64,000 nucleotides of DNA from NCBI GenBank assembly GCA_026770705.1, contig JANJGN010000009.1, positions 32,736,001-32,800,000 on the forward strand. The letters are read 5' to 3'. Below, in pieces: positions 34,692 to 47,374 of this stretch. Position 1 is the stretch's first letter; each line of letters opens with the position of its first letter. The notes beneath the pieces were generated by a model, which worked only from the letters and a program-made list of their open reading frames with translations, was not told the origin of the DNA and ran no database searches. This DNA comes from Isurus oxyrinchus (taxonomy: Eukaryota). Position numbers and translations under genes: made by a program.

Positions 34692-37600
34692 AAAAAGGCA
34701 AATAGGGTGGTCAATAGGACTTTAAATTAGAAAGTGGCGGGGGGGCGGGGGGAAGGGTAAAACTCCAAGACGTATGACTAATGGGAAACAAAGCAGCAGG
34801 TTAGCATGTGGGGGGGGTGGATTCAACTTCATGGAAAATTATGAAAAATCGGAAAAGAAAGGAGAGCCCAGGAGAGGTTATCAAAGTCCCCAGAACACAA
34901 AATAGGACAGAGCGTTTGGAAAGAGCTGGGAATCTAACTTCAAGCACATCAGATAAAGGGACGACAATGAGAAAGGGGACGGGAAATACAGAACTGAAGG
35001 TGTTGTCTCTGAATGCACGCAGTATACGAAATAAGGTAAATGAGCTTGTGGCGCAGATTGAAATTGGCAGGTATGATGTGGTGGGCATCACGGAGACATG
35101 GCTGCAAGGGGATCAGGACTAAATATCCAAGGATACACATTCTATCGAAAAAATAGGCAAGTTGGCAGAGGGGGTGGGGTTGCTTTGTCAGTAAGAAATT
35201 AAATTAAATCGATAGCAAGAAATGACGTAGGGTCAGATGATATAGAATCTGTGTGGGTAGAGTTGAGGAACCGCAAAGGTTAAAAAACAATAATGGGAGT
35301 TATGTACAGGCCTCCAAACAGTACTCAGGATGTGGGGCACAAGATACAGCAGGACATGGAAAAGGCATGTCAGAAAGGCAAGGTTACAGTGATCATGGGG
35401 GGTTTCAATATGCAGGTAGACTGGAAAAATCAGGTTGGTAGTGGATCCCAAGAAAAGGAATTTATGGAATGTCTACGAGATGGCTTTTTGGAGCAGCTTG
35501 TGGTGGAGCCCAATAGAGAAAGGCAATTCTAGATTTAGTGATGCGTAATGAGGCAGATTTGATAAGGGAGCTTAAGATGAAGGAACCCTTAGGAGGAAGT
35601 GACCATAATTTGATAAAATTCACCCTGCAATTTGAGAGGAAAAAGCTGGAATCAGATGTAACGGCATTACAGCTGAATAAAGGCAACTACAGAGGCATGA
35701 TGGAGGAGCTGGCCAGAATTGACTGGGAGATGAGCCTAGCAGGAAAGACAGTGGAACAGCAATGGCAGGACTTTCTGGGAGTAATTTGGGAGACACAGCA
35801 AAAATTCATCCCTAGGAAGAAGAAGCATACTAAAGGGAGGACGAGGCAACCATGGCTGACAAGGGAAGTCAGGAACAGCATAAAAGTTAAAGAGAAAGCA
35901 TACAATGCGGCGAACAGCAGTGGGAAACCAGGGGATTGGGAAGCCTACAAAGACCAACAGAGGACAACTAAAAAAGAAATAAGGAGGGAGAAGATTAAAT
36001 ATGAGGGTAAACTAGCCAGTAATATAAAAGAAGATTGCAAGAGTTTTTTCAGATATATAAAGGGTAAGAGAGAGGCAAAAGTGGACATTGGGCCTCTGGA
36101 AAATGACGCTGGAGAAGTAGTAGTGGGGAACAAAGAAATGGCAAAGGAACTGAATAGGTACTTTGCGTCAGTCTTCACGGTGGAAGACACGAGTAACATC
36201 CCCAAAGTTCAAGAGAGTCGGGGGCCAGAGGTGAGTATGGTGGCCATTACCAAGGAGAAGGTGCTAGGAAAACTGAAAGCTCTGAAGGTGGATAAATCAC
36301 CCGGACCAGATGGATTACACCCCAGAGTTCTGAAGTAGATAACTGAAGTGATAGTGGAGGCGTTAGTGGTGATCTTTTAGGAATCACTGGAGTCAGGGAG
36401 GATCCCAAAGGACTGGAAAATCGCTAATGTAATCCCCCTGTTTAAGAAAGGAGTGAGGCAAAAGAAGGGCAATTACAGGCCAATTAGCCTGACCTCAGTA
36501 ATTGGTAAGATTTTAGAGTCCATTATTAAGGATGAGATTTCAGAATACTTGGAAGTGCATGGTAAAATAGGGCAAAGTCAGCATGGTTTCATCAAGGGGA
36601 GGTCATGCCTGACAAATCTGTTAGAATTCTTTGAGGAGGTAATGAGTAGTTTAGACAAAGGAGAGCCAATGGATGTTATCTACCTGGACTTCCAGAAGGC
36701 CTTTGACAAGGTGCCACACAGGAGGTTGCTCAGTAAGATAAGAGCCCATGGTGTTAGAGGCAAGGTATTAGCATGGATAGAAGATTGGCTGTCTGGCAGG
36801 AGGCAGAGAGTGGGGATAAGGGGGTCCTTCTCAGGATGGTGGCCGGTGACTAGTGGAGTTCTGCAGGGGTCAGTGTTGGGACCACAACTTTTCACTTTAT
36901 ACATTAATGATCTAGGTGAAGGAACTGAGGGCATCCTGGCTAAGTTTGCAGATGATACAAAGATAGGTGGAGGGACAAGTAGTATTGAGGAAGTGGGGAG
37001 GCTGCAGAAGGATTTGGACAGGTTAGGAGAATGGGCAAAGAAGTGGCAGATGGAATACAATGTGGGGAATGTGAGGTCATGAACTTTGGTAGGAAGAATA
37101 GAGGCATAGACTATTTTCTAAATGGGGAGAGAATTCAGAAATCTGGAGTACAAAGGGACTTGGGAGTCCTAGTCCAGGATTCTCTTAAGGTTAACTTGCA
37201 GGTTGAGTCGGTGGTTAGGAAGGCAAATGCAATGTTGGCATTTATTTCAAGAGGACTAGAATATAAATTCAGGGATGTGCTGCTGAGGCTTTATAAGGCT
37301 CTGGTCAGACCACATTTAGAATATTGTGAGCAATTTTGGGCCCCATACCTCAGGAAGGATGTTCTGGTCCTGGGGAGGGTCCAAAGGAGGTTCACGAGAA
37401 CGATCCCAGGAATGGAAGGCTTAACATATGAGGAAAGTTTGAGGACTCTGGGTCTATACTCGAAGGAGTTTAGAAGGATGAGGGGGGATTTGATTGAAAC
37501 TTACAGAATACTGAAAGGCCAGGATAGAGTGGACGTGGGGAAGTTGTTTCCATTAGTAGGAGAGACTAGGACCCAAGGGCACAGCCTCAGAGTAAAGGGA

Positions 37601-37867
37601 AGACCTTTTAGAACAGCGATGAGGAGAAACTTCTTTAGCCAGAGAGTGGTGAATCTATGGAATTCATTGCCACAGAAGGCTGTGGAGGCCAGGTCATTGA
37701 GTGTATTTAAGACCGAGATAGATAGTTTCTTGATTGGTAAGAGGATCAAAGGTTACGGGCGAAGGAGGGAGAATGGGGTTGAGAATCTTATCAGCCATGA
37801 TTGAATGGCGGAAGAGACTCGATGGGCCGAATGGCCTAATTTCTGCCCCTATGTCTTATGGTCTTAT
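34692..37867 (+). mobile_element. CR1 LINE with nearly complete ORF2 (APE endonuclease and RT), young
   Basis: LNARSIRNK...VGITETWL, YRPP, SDHN, KSPGPDG, NYRPISLTS, YLDFQKAFDKV, QGSVLGP, FADD, WNSLP; few stops or frameshifts; tail tatgtcttatggtcttat. Confidence 0.95.
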
Positions 37868-38156
37868 TGTCTGGCCACGTGTTTAATAGTTCAGGTTTCC
37901 TGGCTTTCGGCCACAACTCTAATTCCAACTCCTTAATAGGTAAAGTTTTTAACTCCTCAAGAAACAGAACCTTTAAATTATCAAAAGTAATTTTCATCTG
38001 TTCGAGAAAGACACTGGCTTCAAACGCAAACATTTTTGCACTCCAATATCGTGAACGCAAGAAAACCTGTTGCAGTGTGTTTCTTTTAAAAACAAATTGC
38101 TTCCAGGGAACAATTTACTTTCCCCGCTCTAATTCTCTCATTTGTCCGTGGGATCA

Positions 38157-38176
38157 AATACAGACGCAAGCCCCCA
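38157..38176 (-). promoter_or_regulatory. Primer-binding site, tRNA-Pro-like (degenerate)
   Basis: Minus strand tgggggcttgcgtctgtat versus the Pro PBS TGGGGGCTCGTCCGGGAT, directly next to the 5' LTR. Confidence 0.55.
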
Positions 38177-38179
38177 AAT

Positions 38180-39784
38180 ATCTTTTACGCCCGAGTGAGG
38201 AGGGGTGAAAATAACTCCCACATTCCACCACTCAAGGTCTGACCGTAACAGGGGGAAGGATTTTTACCTTGTCGAGCGGGCCCAGCAGTGGTTGCCAAGT
38301 TGACTGCCGCCCTTGATCAGGCCCCCTCGTTGATTTCACGTTGGTTGGCCAATTAACAGCCAGCCAATGTGAAACGCGTGCTGCAACACTGAGCATTGCC
38401 AGGGTGGGGGGGCGGGAGGAAGGTGAGCGTAGAAATTTGCGCATGCGCGCGCACTGGAAGCTCCATGAGGTGCAGAGCTGCCTCGGAGCTGGAGATTTTT
38501 AAAATCAACAATAAAGAATTTGCAAATGCTAACAACATGTCCCCTCATGTGACTCTATCACATGAACAGGGGCATGTCATAAATGACACTTCAAAATGTC
38601 TATTTTATTCTTAAGTCCTTTTGGAACCATAAGGCAGCAAAAAATTGCATTCAATGAATATTCTAATGGCGTTAATAGGCCTGTTAATTGTGGGCGGGTG
38701 CCTTGCCGAACTCGCGTGCGCCCACCGACCGAAATATCACGCGAGTGCGCAAAGATGTCGTGTCCCTCGCCCAACGTCATTGTGCCTCATTTTGGGCTCC
38801 AGCAGGTCAGGCAGGTGCCTTTCCGCTCCGTGAAAGATTCAACCCAGGGTTTTTTTTGTGAATTTAAAGAGGATGTGCTTTGCCAATACTGCAGGAGGCC
38901 CACTATGTACGCTTCCAGGTAATAAAGAATTAGTCAGGCAGGTTTTCTGGGTTTAAACAATAACAAGATAAGTTTATTGAAACTACTTCCAAAATTGAAA
39001 AAAAAAACTAGGCAAATCGCAACAACCATTCGTGTGTCACAAATATTCCTTGGGTCCACATACAAACTAGTACAGATGCTGAATAAGAGGATTTTTCATA
39101 GTTCATGAAGAAGTTAAAACAAAGGAGTATACGATTGGCTGGTCTCGATGCGGTGATTCCACGTTGTAGCCATTCTGTTCAGTTGTCTTTGTGGGTGTAG
39201 CTGTATGGAGCAGATTTCCATCTTTTATTCTTAAAGGATTTTGGTTTGGTAGATTTCTCTCCTCAGGATTGTTACTTTGCAAATCTAGGCACAATAGTTT
39301 CGAGAGAGAGAAAGAGCAAGAGAGACAGCGAGGGAAAACATCTTCAGCCTGCTTTCAGAACAACATTCTGATCTCTGATTTCTCTAGCTTGGTAAACAAT
39401 CCTCAAAGTATCCTGCCAATCATATACTCGATCAATCTGCTTTCATTGTTTTTAGAACAGATAATTGCATTTTGATGCCCTATCTCAAAAACTTTTGAAA
39501 AGTCTCCTGATCATGCTGCCGTCCAAAATGTTCTGGGCGTATAACCCCATTGAAAGGTTTCAGAATTATGTAAAGTCACAGGAAATGGGATCTTTCATGC
39601 TCCCCAGGAGTTTGATTGTCAGTTCCTTTTCATCCCACTTGGTGGAATGCGAGCTTGTATATGTTAGATGGCTGGCAGTCCTCCATTGTCTTAATAGGAT
39701 TTCAAATTTTAAAAAATCCAGCCAGAAAAAGAGGAATTAGAAATTGTATCATTTTTTTTTGGAAAAAAGCATATCTCCATAACA
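38180..39784 (-). repeat. 5' LTR of the Gmr1-type element (holds a MITE)
   Basis: Homologous to 27327-29368; ends ...ccataACA followed by TSD catt. Confidence 0.85.
38252..38844. mobile_element. Harbinger MITE
   Basis: 3-bp TSD cag (38249-38251, 38845-38847); absent from the sister LTR; same family as 61405-61985 (cagagctgcctc, cccctcatgtgactct). Confidence 0.8.
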
Positions 39785-40879
39785 CATTGAAAATCCTGCT
39801 ATCCTGACAAAAATATGTGGCCTCTCTTCCTCCTTCTCAATACTTAGAAGACAATAAGGCTCTGCCTACACATATAGAGGGCCAGGTCAGCGCCCTGATG
39901 CAGCAAGGCATTGCGAACTGAGAGATGTTCGTACTTTTGCTGGCTCTAGCCTGGAATGATTCTGAGGCATAAAAGTTGAGGGCAATGGTGACCTTAATGG
40001 CTACCAGCAGTGCTCTCCGCACTCAGCTCTGTGGCTGCAGATCTGGTTGAAAGAGATGGCATAGTTCAGTGACCACCTCCTTGGTGAACCGTAGCCAACA
40101 CAGACTCTGCTCCTGGCTGAAGTGCTCTCTGAAGTGGGTACAGCATTCTGTTGAAAGCCCTCCTCCTCCTCTTTTCTCAACACTCATCTCCTTTCTGTTG
40201 CCTCTGTTCCATCTCCAGCTCATGCTGCAGCCCAATATGCTCTGGACGTACAACCCCAATGAGTGGAAGCAAACTTTCTGCTTAGGGGCCATCAAAAACC
40301 TTTCAACTCCTTGCAATGATCCAGCACCACTACTTTCTGCCTCAAAGAACTTGTGTGGGTTCATCCAACAACATAGTGCACAGCACTACCATTAACTCTG
40401 CACAAATAAAAGAAAGTCAAAAGTTTCTCACCTGAAAGTTGAATAGTCATGCCTTTAAATAGTGGTACAGGGTGGCGGGGCCACTTGTACAGCTGAATGT
40501 ATGTTCAAGAGAGGGTAAATAGGGCCTGTGAGGTCCAAAATGGTAATTCAGTTTCCAAGTCAGCGTTAGAACTGAGTGATGTCCAAATCTGTAGTTCTTG
40601 ATAGCGCCCATCCAAACATAGCGATTGACCCAGGACATGTCAAAAGTTGCTGGGTGCAGACCACTGCCATTTTTAGCCCATCCAGGCTCCTGTAACTTCA
40701 AAATCAGTGGCACCCAATCTTGCCATCGAGTTCTCTCCACTTGCTATTAGTGGTCGGGTGTTAAAGAAAGTGCAAATTGGGAGCCATATTTGCTCCTCTT
40801 GAAGTATTAACATTTCTTTTTGTGGGTTCTTCCTGATGCCAGCTCTAATTACCCTGAATTAAATTTTGACATCTTGACA

Positions 40880-43800
40880 TCTCTGCTACATAACAAATGT
40901 TTTCACTTTTGCTTCTGACTAGTAATCAGTATGATATTGAAACCTTGATTCAGTCAGGTTTCTGCTCTTGCCAAAATACCAAACAGCTCTTATCAAAATC
41001 AGAAGTGGCACCCTATGTGAATGTGACAGAGATAAATTGTTCTTCATCTTGCCTCCTGTCCTGCCTGCAGCTTTTCACACTGTCCTCCACCAATGCCTAG
41101 CCACTTTCATCCAACTGGTGACACTGTACTCACCTGGTTTCATTCTTTTATACTTGGTCATAGCCAGAGCATCACCTGCAGTGGCTTCGCTTTCTGCTCC
41201 CTCACCATTAACTCTGGTGACCCCAAGGATCTATCCTTGACATCCTCCTATTTGCCATCTACATGCTGCCTGTCCCACAATGACTTCTACTGAAAACACA
41301 GACTGGAATTATGCCGTCCTATTGGCACTGGGCGTAATGGCGGGTGGGGAGGGAACAATATGGCGAGAAGACCAAAATTGGTTTCAAGCGAGTGTGAAAG
41401 CACAGCGGGATCGTTTGATGGTGTCCACCAAGCAGAAGGCCGATCCTTCTGGAGGCCGGAGTGAACCTGCTCTGCTAATAGGTTGCAATGGTCCGACCGG
41501 AATCATCCTCCCACATCAGATTTTCCGTTACGTCGGTGGGAAGGCACGCTGGCCCAGGACACCCTCCGGGTAAGTGTGACGTGCCAAAGTCAGAGCCTAC
41601 CATTTGGGCCTAGCTCAGATTGCGGACAACCGTGGAGCAGAAGTGCTGGAACCCTACAGCTACCAGACCCTGGACATGGCTCAGCCACAAAGCAATTCAC
41701 GGAAGCTGGGAGGTCTCCGTTGATACCTCGGGTCTGCTTTGGAACATCACAGTCTCAGCCAAGGGCTGCTACAGATTATCAGCGGGGCGCGGGAGTTGGT
41801 GGAGAGGAAAGTCCAGCTGTGAGTGGGAGAGGAAGGTGTACTGCGAATGGGAGCGTGGAGGGTGGGGTGAGGTTGGGAGGGGGAAGATGAATGTGTTGGG
41901 GGGAATGAGGTTGAGAGGGGGAGGAGGGATAATGGCAGAGAATGCAGCAAGTGGGTAGGTAGGTGTAAGGAGGGAGGAAGGTTGAAAGGAAGGAGTCCTG
42001 GAGGGGGGAAGGAGTCCCTGAGTCCAGAGGGAGGAGGGAGCAGGGATGAGGAGGGAGCAAGGGTGGAGAAGGGAGTAAGGGGGGGTAGGATGTCCATCTG
42101 AACGTGCAAGGGAGGGGTCAATGGAGTCAATGACTGCCACCTGGGGAGTGAATTGAGGTTGGACGTTGTAGGAAGGAACGGTGAGTATGAGAAGGGGCAA
42201 AGTGAGCTGGAAGGGTGGGAGGGTGAGCGTACGGTGGTAGTGGTAGAAGAGATGGTGAGGGTGGTTGGTGGGGACTCGGACTCCAGACATGGACCCTGAG
42301 GGTGGGAAGGTGGAGGTCGGGGAGGTCAATGTGGATGGGGGTGGGATTCTCAGGAAGGTAGAGAACGTGAACATTGACCTAGAAATCTTGGAAAGAACAG
42401 GGTTCAGGTCACTAGGTGGTGCTGGGGAGGTGGAAGGTGATGCCAGGGGAGTTGTCAGTGATGGGGGAAAGGCCATGAATGACTTGGGGAAGGGAAGGGA
42501 CCAGAGGAACTGAGCAGAAACCTGACTATGACCATGTTTTTCAAATCAAAAGCGAGCGGAGCCTCATGTTAGATGGGCACCGGTGCTGCATGGGACTGCT
42601 ATCAGTGAGTGGGTGGAGATGCAGGTCAGCTCAGATGGACAACTGAAAGGTAACCTCAGCAGGGAGCATTGAAAATGCTCAGGATATTGAGATGATTGTG
42701 ATAGCGGAATGGTCCACATGCACGGTGGAGCTTTCTTGGCTGTCCTCCTGTGGGCCAGCTGCTCCCTCTGAGGTGACAGACTACAAGGTTGAGAGGGTTC
42801 ACAGGCAAAGGGGACTCACAGAGAGAGAGAGGACAGCTTCTGACATTCCTGAGTGGATGACCCTGAGGTATCCAGCTGCTGCTCCTCCTCCCTTCAGGTG
42901 ATGGAGGGCTCTGGCCTGACTCCTTGAGGGCAAGGAGCACCTGGGAGGATGTTGAGGTGCCCCATTTCCCTCTCGCATTGCCACTGTAGGAACTGACCCA
43001 TGGCTATAGCGATGCAGTGCAGCTCTGTGTGCATCTCCGCATTTTGCTGGACCAGGGTCTCCATAGCGAACTGCCATCCTTCCCACAGAGACCTCCATAT
43101 ATCCACTTCATCAGAGAGCAGGCAGGTGCACTCCTGTGACTCACATGCCACTCTGTTGAGAGCTTCCAACAGCTCTGCATGATTTCCCCCCACCGTGTCC
43201 ATACACTGACCTCCAGATTGTGAACTCTAGAGCCTGCTCTGGATCTGGGTCCCATCGAGCTGTGTTTCTGTGCTGGTGGAGAGTGTGGGTAAGTGCTGCG
43301 ATGGGTCTATCGGGCTGTTTATTTCCAGATCTTCAATGGAGGAGGAACCTTTTGGCTGGAGGTGAGGACGTGGATGGAGCTGAGGGACTGGCTGCCTGAG
43401 GGTGTCAGTTGCTTGGCAGAGCTCCCTGTGAATGAAAGTAGAGATAATTAGTGCATGCATGGTAGCAGAGTCAAAAGCAGGAGACAGAGCACTCACAGTT
43501 ATATTGAGAGAGGATGGTGGGGTGCAGGATCATCATGTTGATGTCTATTGTCGACCTCACATCATCGCAGGCACAGTCCATGTCCCACCAGTCAGTGCAA
43601 TGATACACTCCTCAAAGTGAGTGAGGAGCCTAATGTGTACCACTCCACCCCCTGGTCTGGGATCATCCCCTGTTGTTGTGAGCCAGCTTCCCCCTGCATG
43701 AAAACAGATGGAGGAAGAATGAGCAAGATGCATGGCGCTGTGTGGAATGTGTGGTGAGTGGAGACATGAGGACGTGAGGATATGAGCCTGATGGAGATGT

Positions 43801-45032
43801 GAGGGTGTGTGTGAGAGTTACTGGTGTTGTCCCTTGAGGTGTGAGTTGCCTGTGAATGTGTGATGGGTTTGTGAGTGTGTGAGTTCAGAGTGATGAGATG
43901 GCTGACTTACCCTGGCAGAACAGTTGCGAGCACTCATCCTCTTTCTGCACAGGCTGGCTAATGTCCTTTGTGCTCTGGTGGCGCTAACCGTCACTGCCAC
44001 CACCTCCCAGGCCAGATTGATAACTCTGGTGGACCTCCTGCAGCCAGAGTGGGGCTAGAGGACCTCATGATTGCATGCAGCAGTCGCTCCAGGGAGGCAT
44101 CACTAAATTTGATGGCTGCCATCTTCTTTGCTTTTGGGGCCACCAGTCGCCTGGAGTAGTCCTGGTCTGAAGACATGAAGTAGACATGTGCTCTGGTGCA
44201 CTTTTAATAAGGTGTTCAGAGAGAGAAAGCGCTGAGCTCATGGCGGGCACATCTGAACCCACCCACCAGCGGTGCATCATGTTTCCTATAAATGCATTAG
44301 TAATGAGGCGGGACATGCTGGGAATGGGACGATATGGTGCTAAAAGTTGCCATTGCAGCCGGTGGGTAAAATGTCTGTTTTCCTGCCCACTACCGCACTT
44401 TGTGCAAATCTGGGATAATCCTGCCCACAGTGTCAATTTCCACATTTAGGCTGAGGATTCCCGGCTCAATCTCACCACCACCTCTCTCAATACCTCTGGC
44501 ATCATGTTCTCAATGAGCAAAGGTTCTGTCCTACTAAATAATGGGGAGTTCCAAACTATTGTGCAAAACTCTGTTACCTTTGGCCTATTTCACACCAAGT
44601 CCCTCTCAGCCATTACCCCATTGTCCTTTCTGACCAACATTGGTCCCTGGTTAAGCAGCTCCTCAATTTTAAAATTCTTATTTTTGTCTTCAGATCCCTC
44701 CATGCTTCCAATCGCACCCTTCCCCATCTTTGTAATCTTCTCCAACACCACCCCCACTCCCCCAACCTTCCGAGATATCTGCACTTCTCCAATTCTGACC
44801 TCTTGATGATCTCTGAATTTAGTCATTTCACTACTGGCAGCCATGCCTTCACCTGCCAAAGCCCTGCGTGCTGGAATTCCTGCCTGAAAACTATTTAAGG
44901 CACACCTCAAAACGTTCCTCTTTGATGAAGCTCCTGGTCATTGTCAAATTTTGTTTGACAAACCATCCTGTGATGGGCCCTGGCTATTTTGTGCTATTTT
45001 AAAGGTGTTATATAAATACAAGTGTTGTTGTG
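40880..45032 (+). mobile_element. L2 LINE 3' half, split by a Harbinger
   Basis: Decayed RT (LFAIYMLP...KH|SVNFHI*AED joins across the insertion); 3' end ...tatataaatacaagtgttgttg. Confidence 0.8.
41301..44426 (-). mobile_element. Non-autonomous Harbinger with Myb/SANT gene remnant
   Basis: TSD aca (41298-41300, 44427-44429); ends gactggaatt / aatcctgccc; APKAKKMAAIKFSDASLERLLHA; right end is the reverse complement of the left end of 21038-22272. Confidence 0.82.
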
Positions 45033-45564
45033 TTAGTGGTATTAGGTCAGTTCTGCTAAATAAGATAATTGTTCTGCTTGGCAGGAACATGAAGAATATG
45101 CTGTTCAGGTTGGCAAAGCAATTTTAATATCCGCTCCCATTAAACTGTCTTCAAGCAGTGGCACCATAAAAACAGCTTCCAATGAATCACTGGTCAAGAG
45201 AAGGTAGTCTCCGAACCATATTTATATAAAAACCAAATGTCTAAGCACATGGCTTAAAACCAGGACTGATTCTCAGCTCAGTTCAATCAGCTGTTTTATG
45301 CTCACAACAAGTTATGCTTGAGACATATACAAATTTTATTTGAGAATTAATGTAACACCTGCAACACCGTCATGATGTACAATTGTGATGTAGTGATGGT
45401 GTTATTATTTTTGAGGCATCAAAATGAAAGGCGAGGATCCCTTCACCTCAAACGAGGGAGCAAAGATAATGTTGCAAGATTATCAAATAGCAGCCTTCGA
45501 GTGACATAATAGTAATGTCAAAGCAATAAAATCCACTTTCTGCTCCTCCCTTTCATTTTCCTCA

Positions 45565-46610
45565 ATCCATGCTCATATATTACTCCCAATCTCATGAGCC
45601 CTAATCTTGTGTAACAACCTCTTGTGTGGCACCTTATTGTATGCTTCTGAAAATGCAAATATGCTACATCCACTGGGGTCCCCTTATCTACCTTTTTAGT
45701 TATACCCTCAAAAGAACTAATTGACATATTGAACAAAATTTCCCTTTCTTAAAACCGTACTGACTCTGCCTAATCATATTATGATTTTCCCAGTATATCC
45801 ATATCCATATCCCTAATAAATACCAGCATTTTTCCTACTACAAATGCGAGGCTAACTTTCCCATAATTCCCTTTTCTCTCTTCCTTCTTTCTTGAACAAT
45901 GTAGTTACATTTGCTGCCTGCCAGTCAACTGGGACTGCTTCAGAATCTGGAGGATTTTGGAAGATTTAAAACAATGCATCCACTATCTTTACAGCCACCT
46001 CTTTTAGAATTCTAGCATGTAGGGGTTGGGTTGCCAACTCGGCTGGACATATTCAAGAGGATGTCAGAGGAAGTGCCATCACAGAGCTGGTGGTGTGGTG
46101 TGAGCGGATTCTAGGTTTATGAGTTGGCTGCACAAACAGGGAAAATGCCTCATCTCCTCTTACTGCTGTCGATGCGCAATATTTAGGAGAAATGCTGGAA
46201 ATGTCAGGGACAATAACACTTCAACCCCAACTGAGCTGCTACTTCCCCTCTGTCACAGTCCTATCTAACTGCTACTCTCACCCTTTAGCTCAATTTCTGG
46301 CGTTTCACTTGACAAGTCATGTCGCCGCAGTGCCCACCCTGGCCACGGTGTAGCCTGCTTTCAACTCGGTTCTCCATTCTCCGCCAAGAGGCTACATTTC
46401 CCAGCCAGCACCACAGGGCCCTCCTTCCTGATTTGCGGGGAAGATGATGCTTATAGACCAAACGGGCCCAACTCACTCAATGATGTCAATGGAATATAGT
46501 TTTAAAATCTCCCAGAATGCTCTTGTCATGCCAATTCCAGCCATTCCCAGAGGGTTGGCAACCCTTGATGTAGATCATCAGGTCCAAGAGATTTGTCAGC
46601 TTTTAGTCCA
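45565..46610 (-). mobile_element. Decayed CR1 RT fragment
   Basis: SFEGITKKVDKGTPVDVAYLHFQK; antisense CR1 sequence continues after the MITE (catcaggtccaagagatttgtc). Confidence 0.75.
46023..46565. mobile_element. hAT-type MITE
   Basis: TIR gggttgccaac (46028-46038) / gttggcaaccc (46554-46564); imperfect 8-bp TSD gcatgtag / tgatgtag. Confidence 0.7.
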
Positions 46611-47097
46611 GATAAATATCTGGAGATATTTACACAGATCCTGTTTCTCAGGAAACTAAGTAGGTTAAGGTAGGGCTATGATCAGGTGCAAGGAGCAAGC
46701 TTGATGGAACAACTGGTCTTTTTTTTGTTTTATTATGTTTGTTTTTTGTGGAGATGTGTCTTGAAAACATGGGTTAAGGATTGTTGAGAACTTCTTGAGG
46801 AAATGGCTACATATAAGAATCTGACCCTGAATTTTAAAATGGGAAAGTGATTGTGCAAGCTGCTGAAGTGCTTGGGGAAATACACACATGAACTAAATGT
46901 CAACTCTGCCTCTTAAGTCAAGTGAGTTCTGGTTATAAATTCCATTCATGGACTGAAGTATATTACACAAAAGCAACTCACCAGGGGACAAACTTTTTTC
47001 TCTGCAACTGCAAAAACTTACCAGGGATATATTTTGGACCATGTGTAAAGAAAAATTCCTTCAACAAATCATTATAAATCTCTGCTCTGTTTACTTA

Positions 47098-47202
47098 CTG
47101 TTGTGATGAAAGGTCATCGACCTGATACAGTAAATCTGTTTCTCTCTCCACAAGTGCTGCCAGACCTGCCGAGAATTCCCAGCAATTTCCGTTCTTATTT
47201 CA
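47098..47202 (+). mobile_element. Older Penelope-derived short repeat with hammerhead remnant
   Basis: gtt gTGATGA a AGGTC atc GACCT gatac...gtgctgccagacctgccgag. Confidence 0.7.
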
Positions 47203-47374
47203 TTATAATCGTTCCCATTTGATCAGTTTTTTAACATTACACAGAACAAACTAGACACCCAAGTTGGTAGTTGTTGCAGTGAAGATCATTGATGGGTAAT
47301 CCACCATCCAAGCACTGGTCATCCAAGGACCTTAGAACAGGGGTTCTGTTCCTCCATTAAATATCATACAATAG

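Larger units (their letters stand above)
27327..39784 (-). mobile_element. Full-length Gmr1-type Gypsy LTR retrotransposon (decayed, with nested insertions)
   Basis: Two homologous LTRs (27327-29368, ~38180-39784); 4-bp TSD catt (27323-27326, 39785-39788); tRNA-Pro-like PBS; gag, protease, integrase, RT, RNase H order on the minus strand. Confidence 0.9.
25640..40714. mobile_element. Decayed Harbinger transposon split by the Gypsy insertion (ends approximate)
   Basis: Minus-strand transposase pieces at 39789-40270 (ALLVAIKVTIALNFYASESFQ...RIAGFS) and ~26600-27326 (MVQEAID...acidic tail) join across the catt TSD; possible Myb remnant near 25900-26120. Confidence 0.75.

Noticed and set aside
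41747-42476. 235-aa and shorter Pro/Ser/Thr-rich ORFs
   Set aside because: C-rich strand bias suppresses stop codons; no domain motifs.
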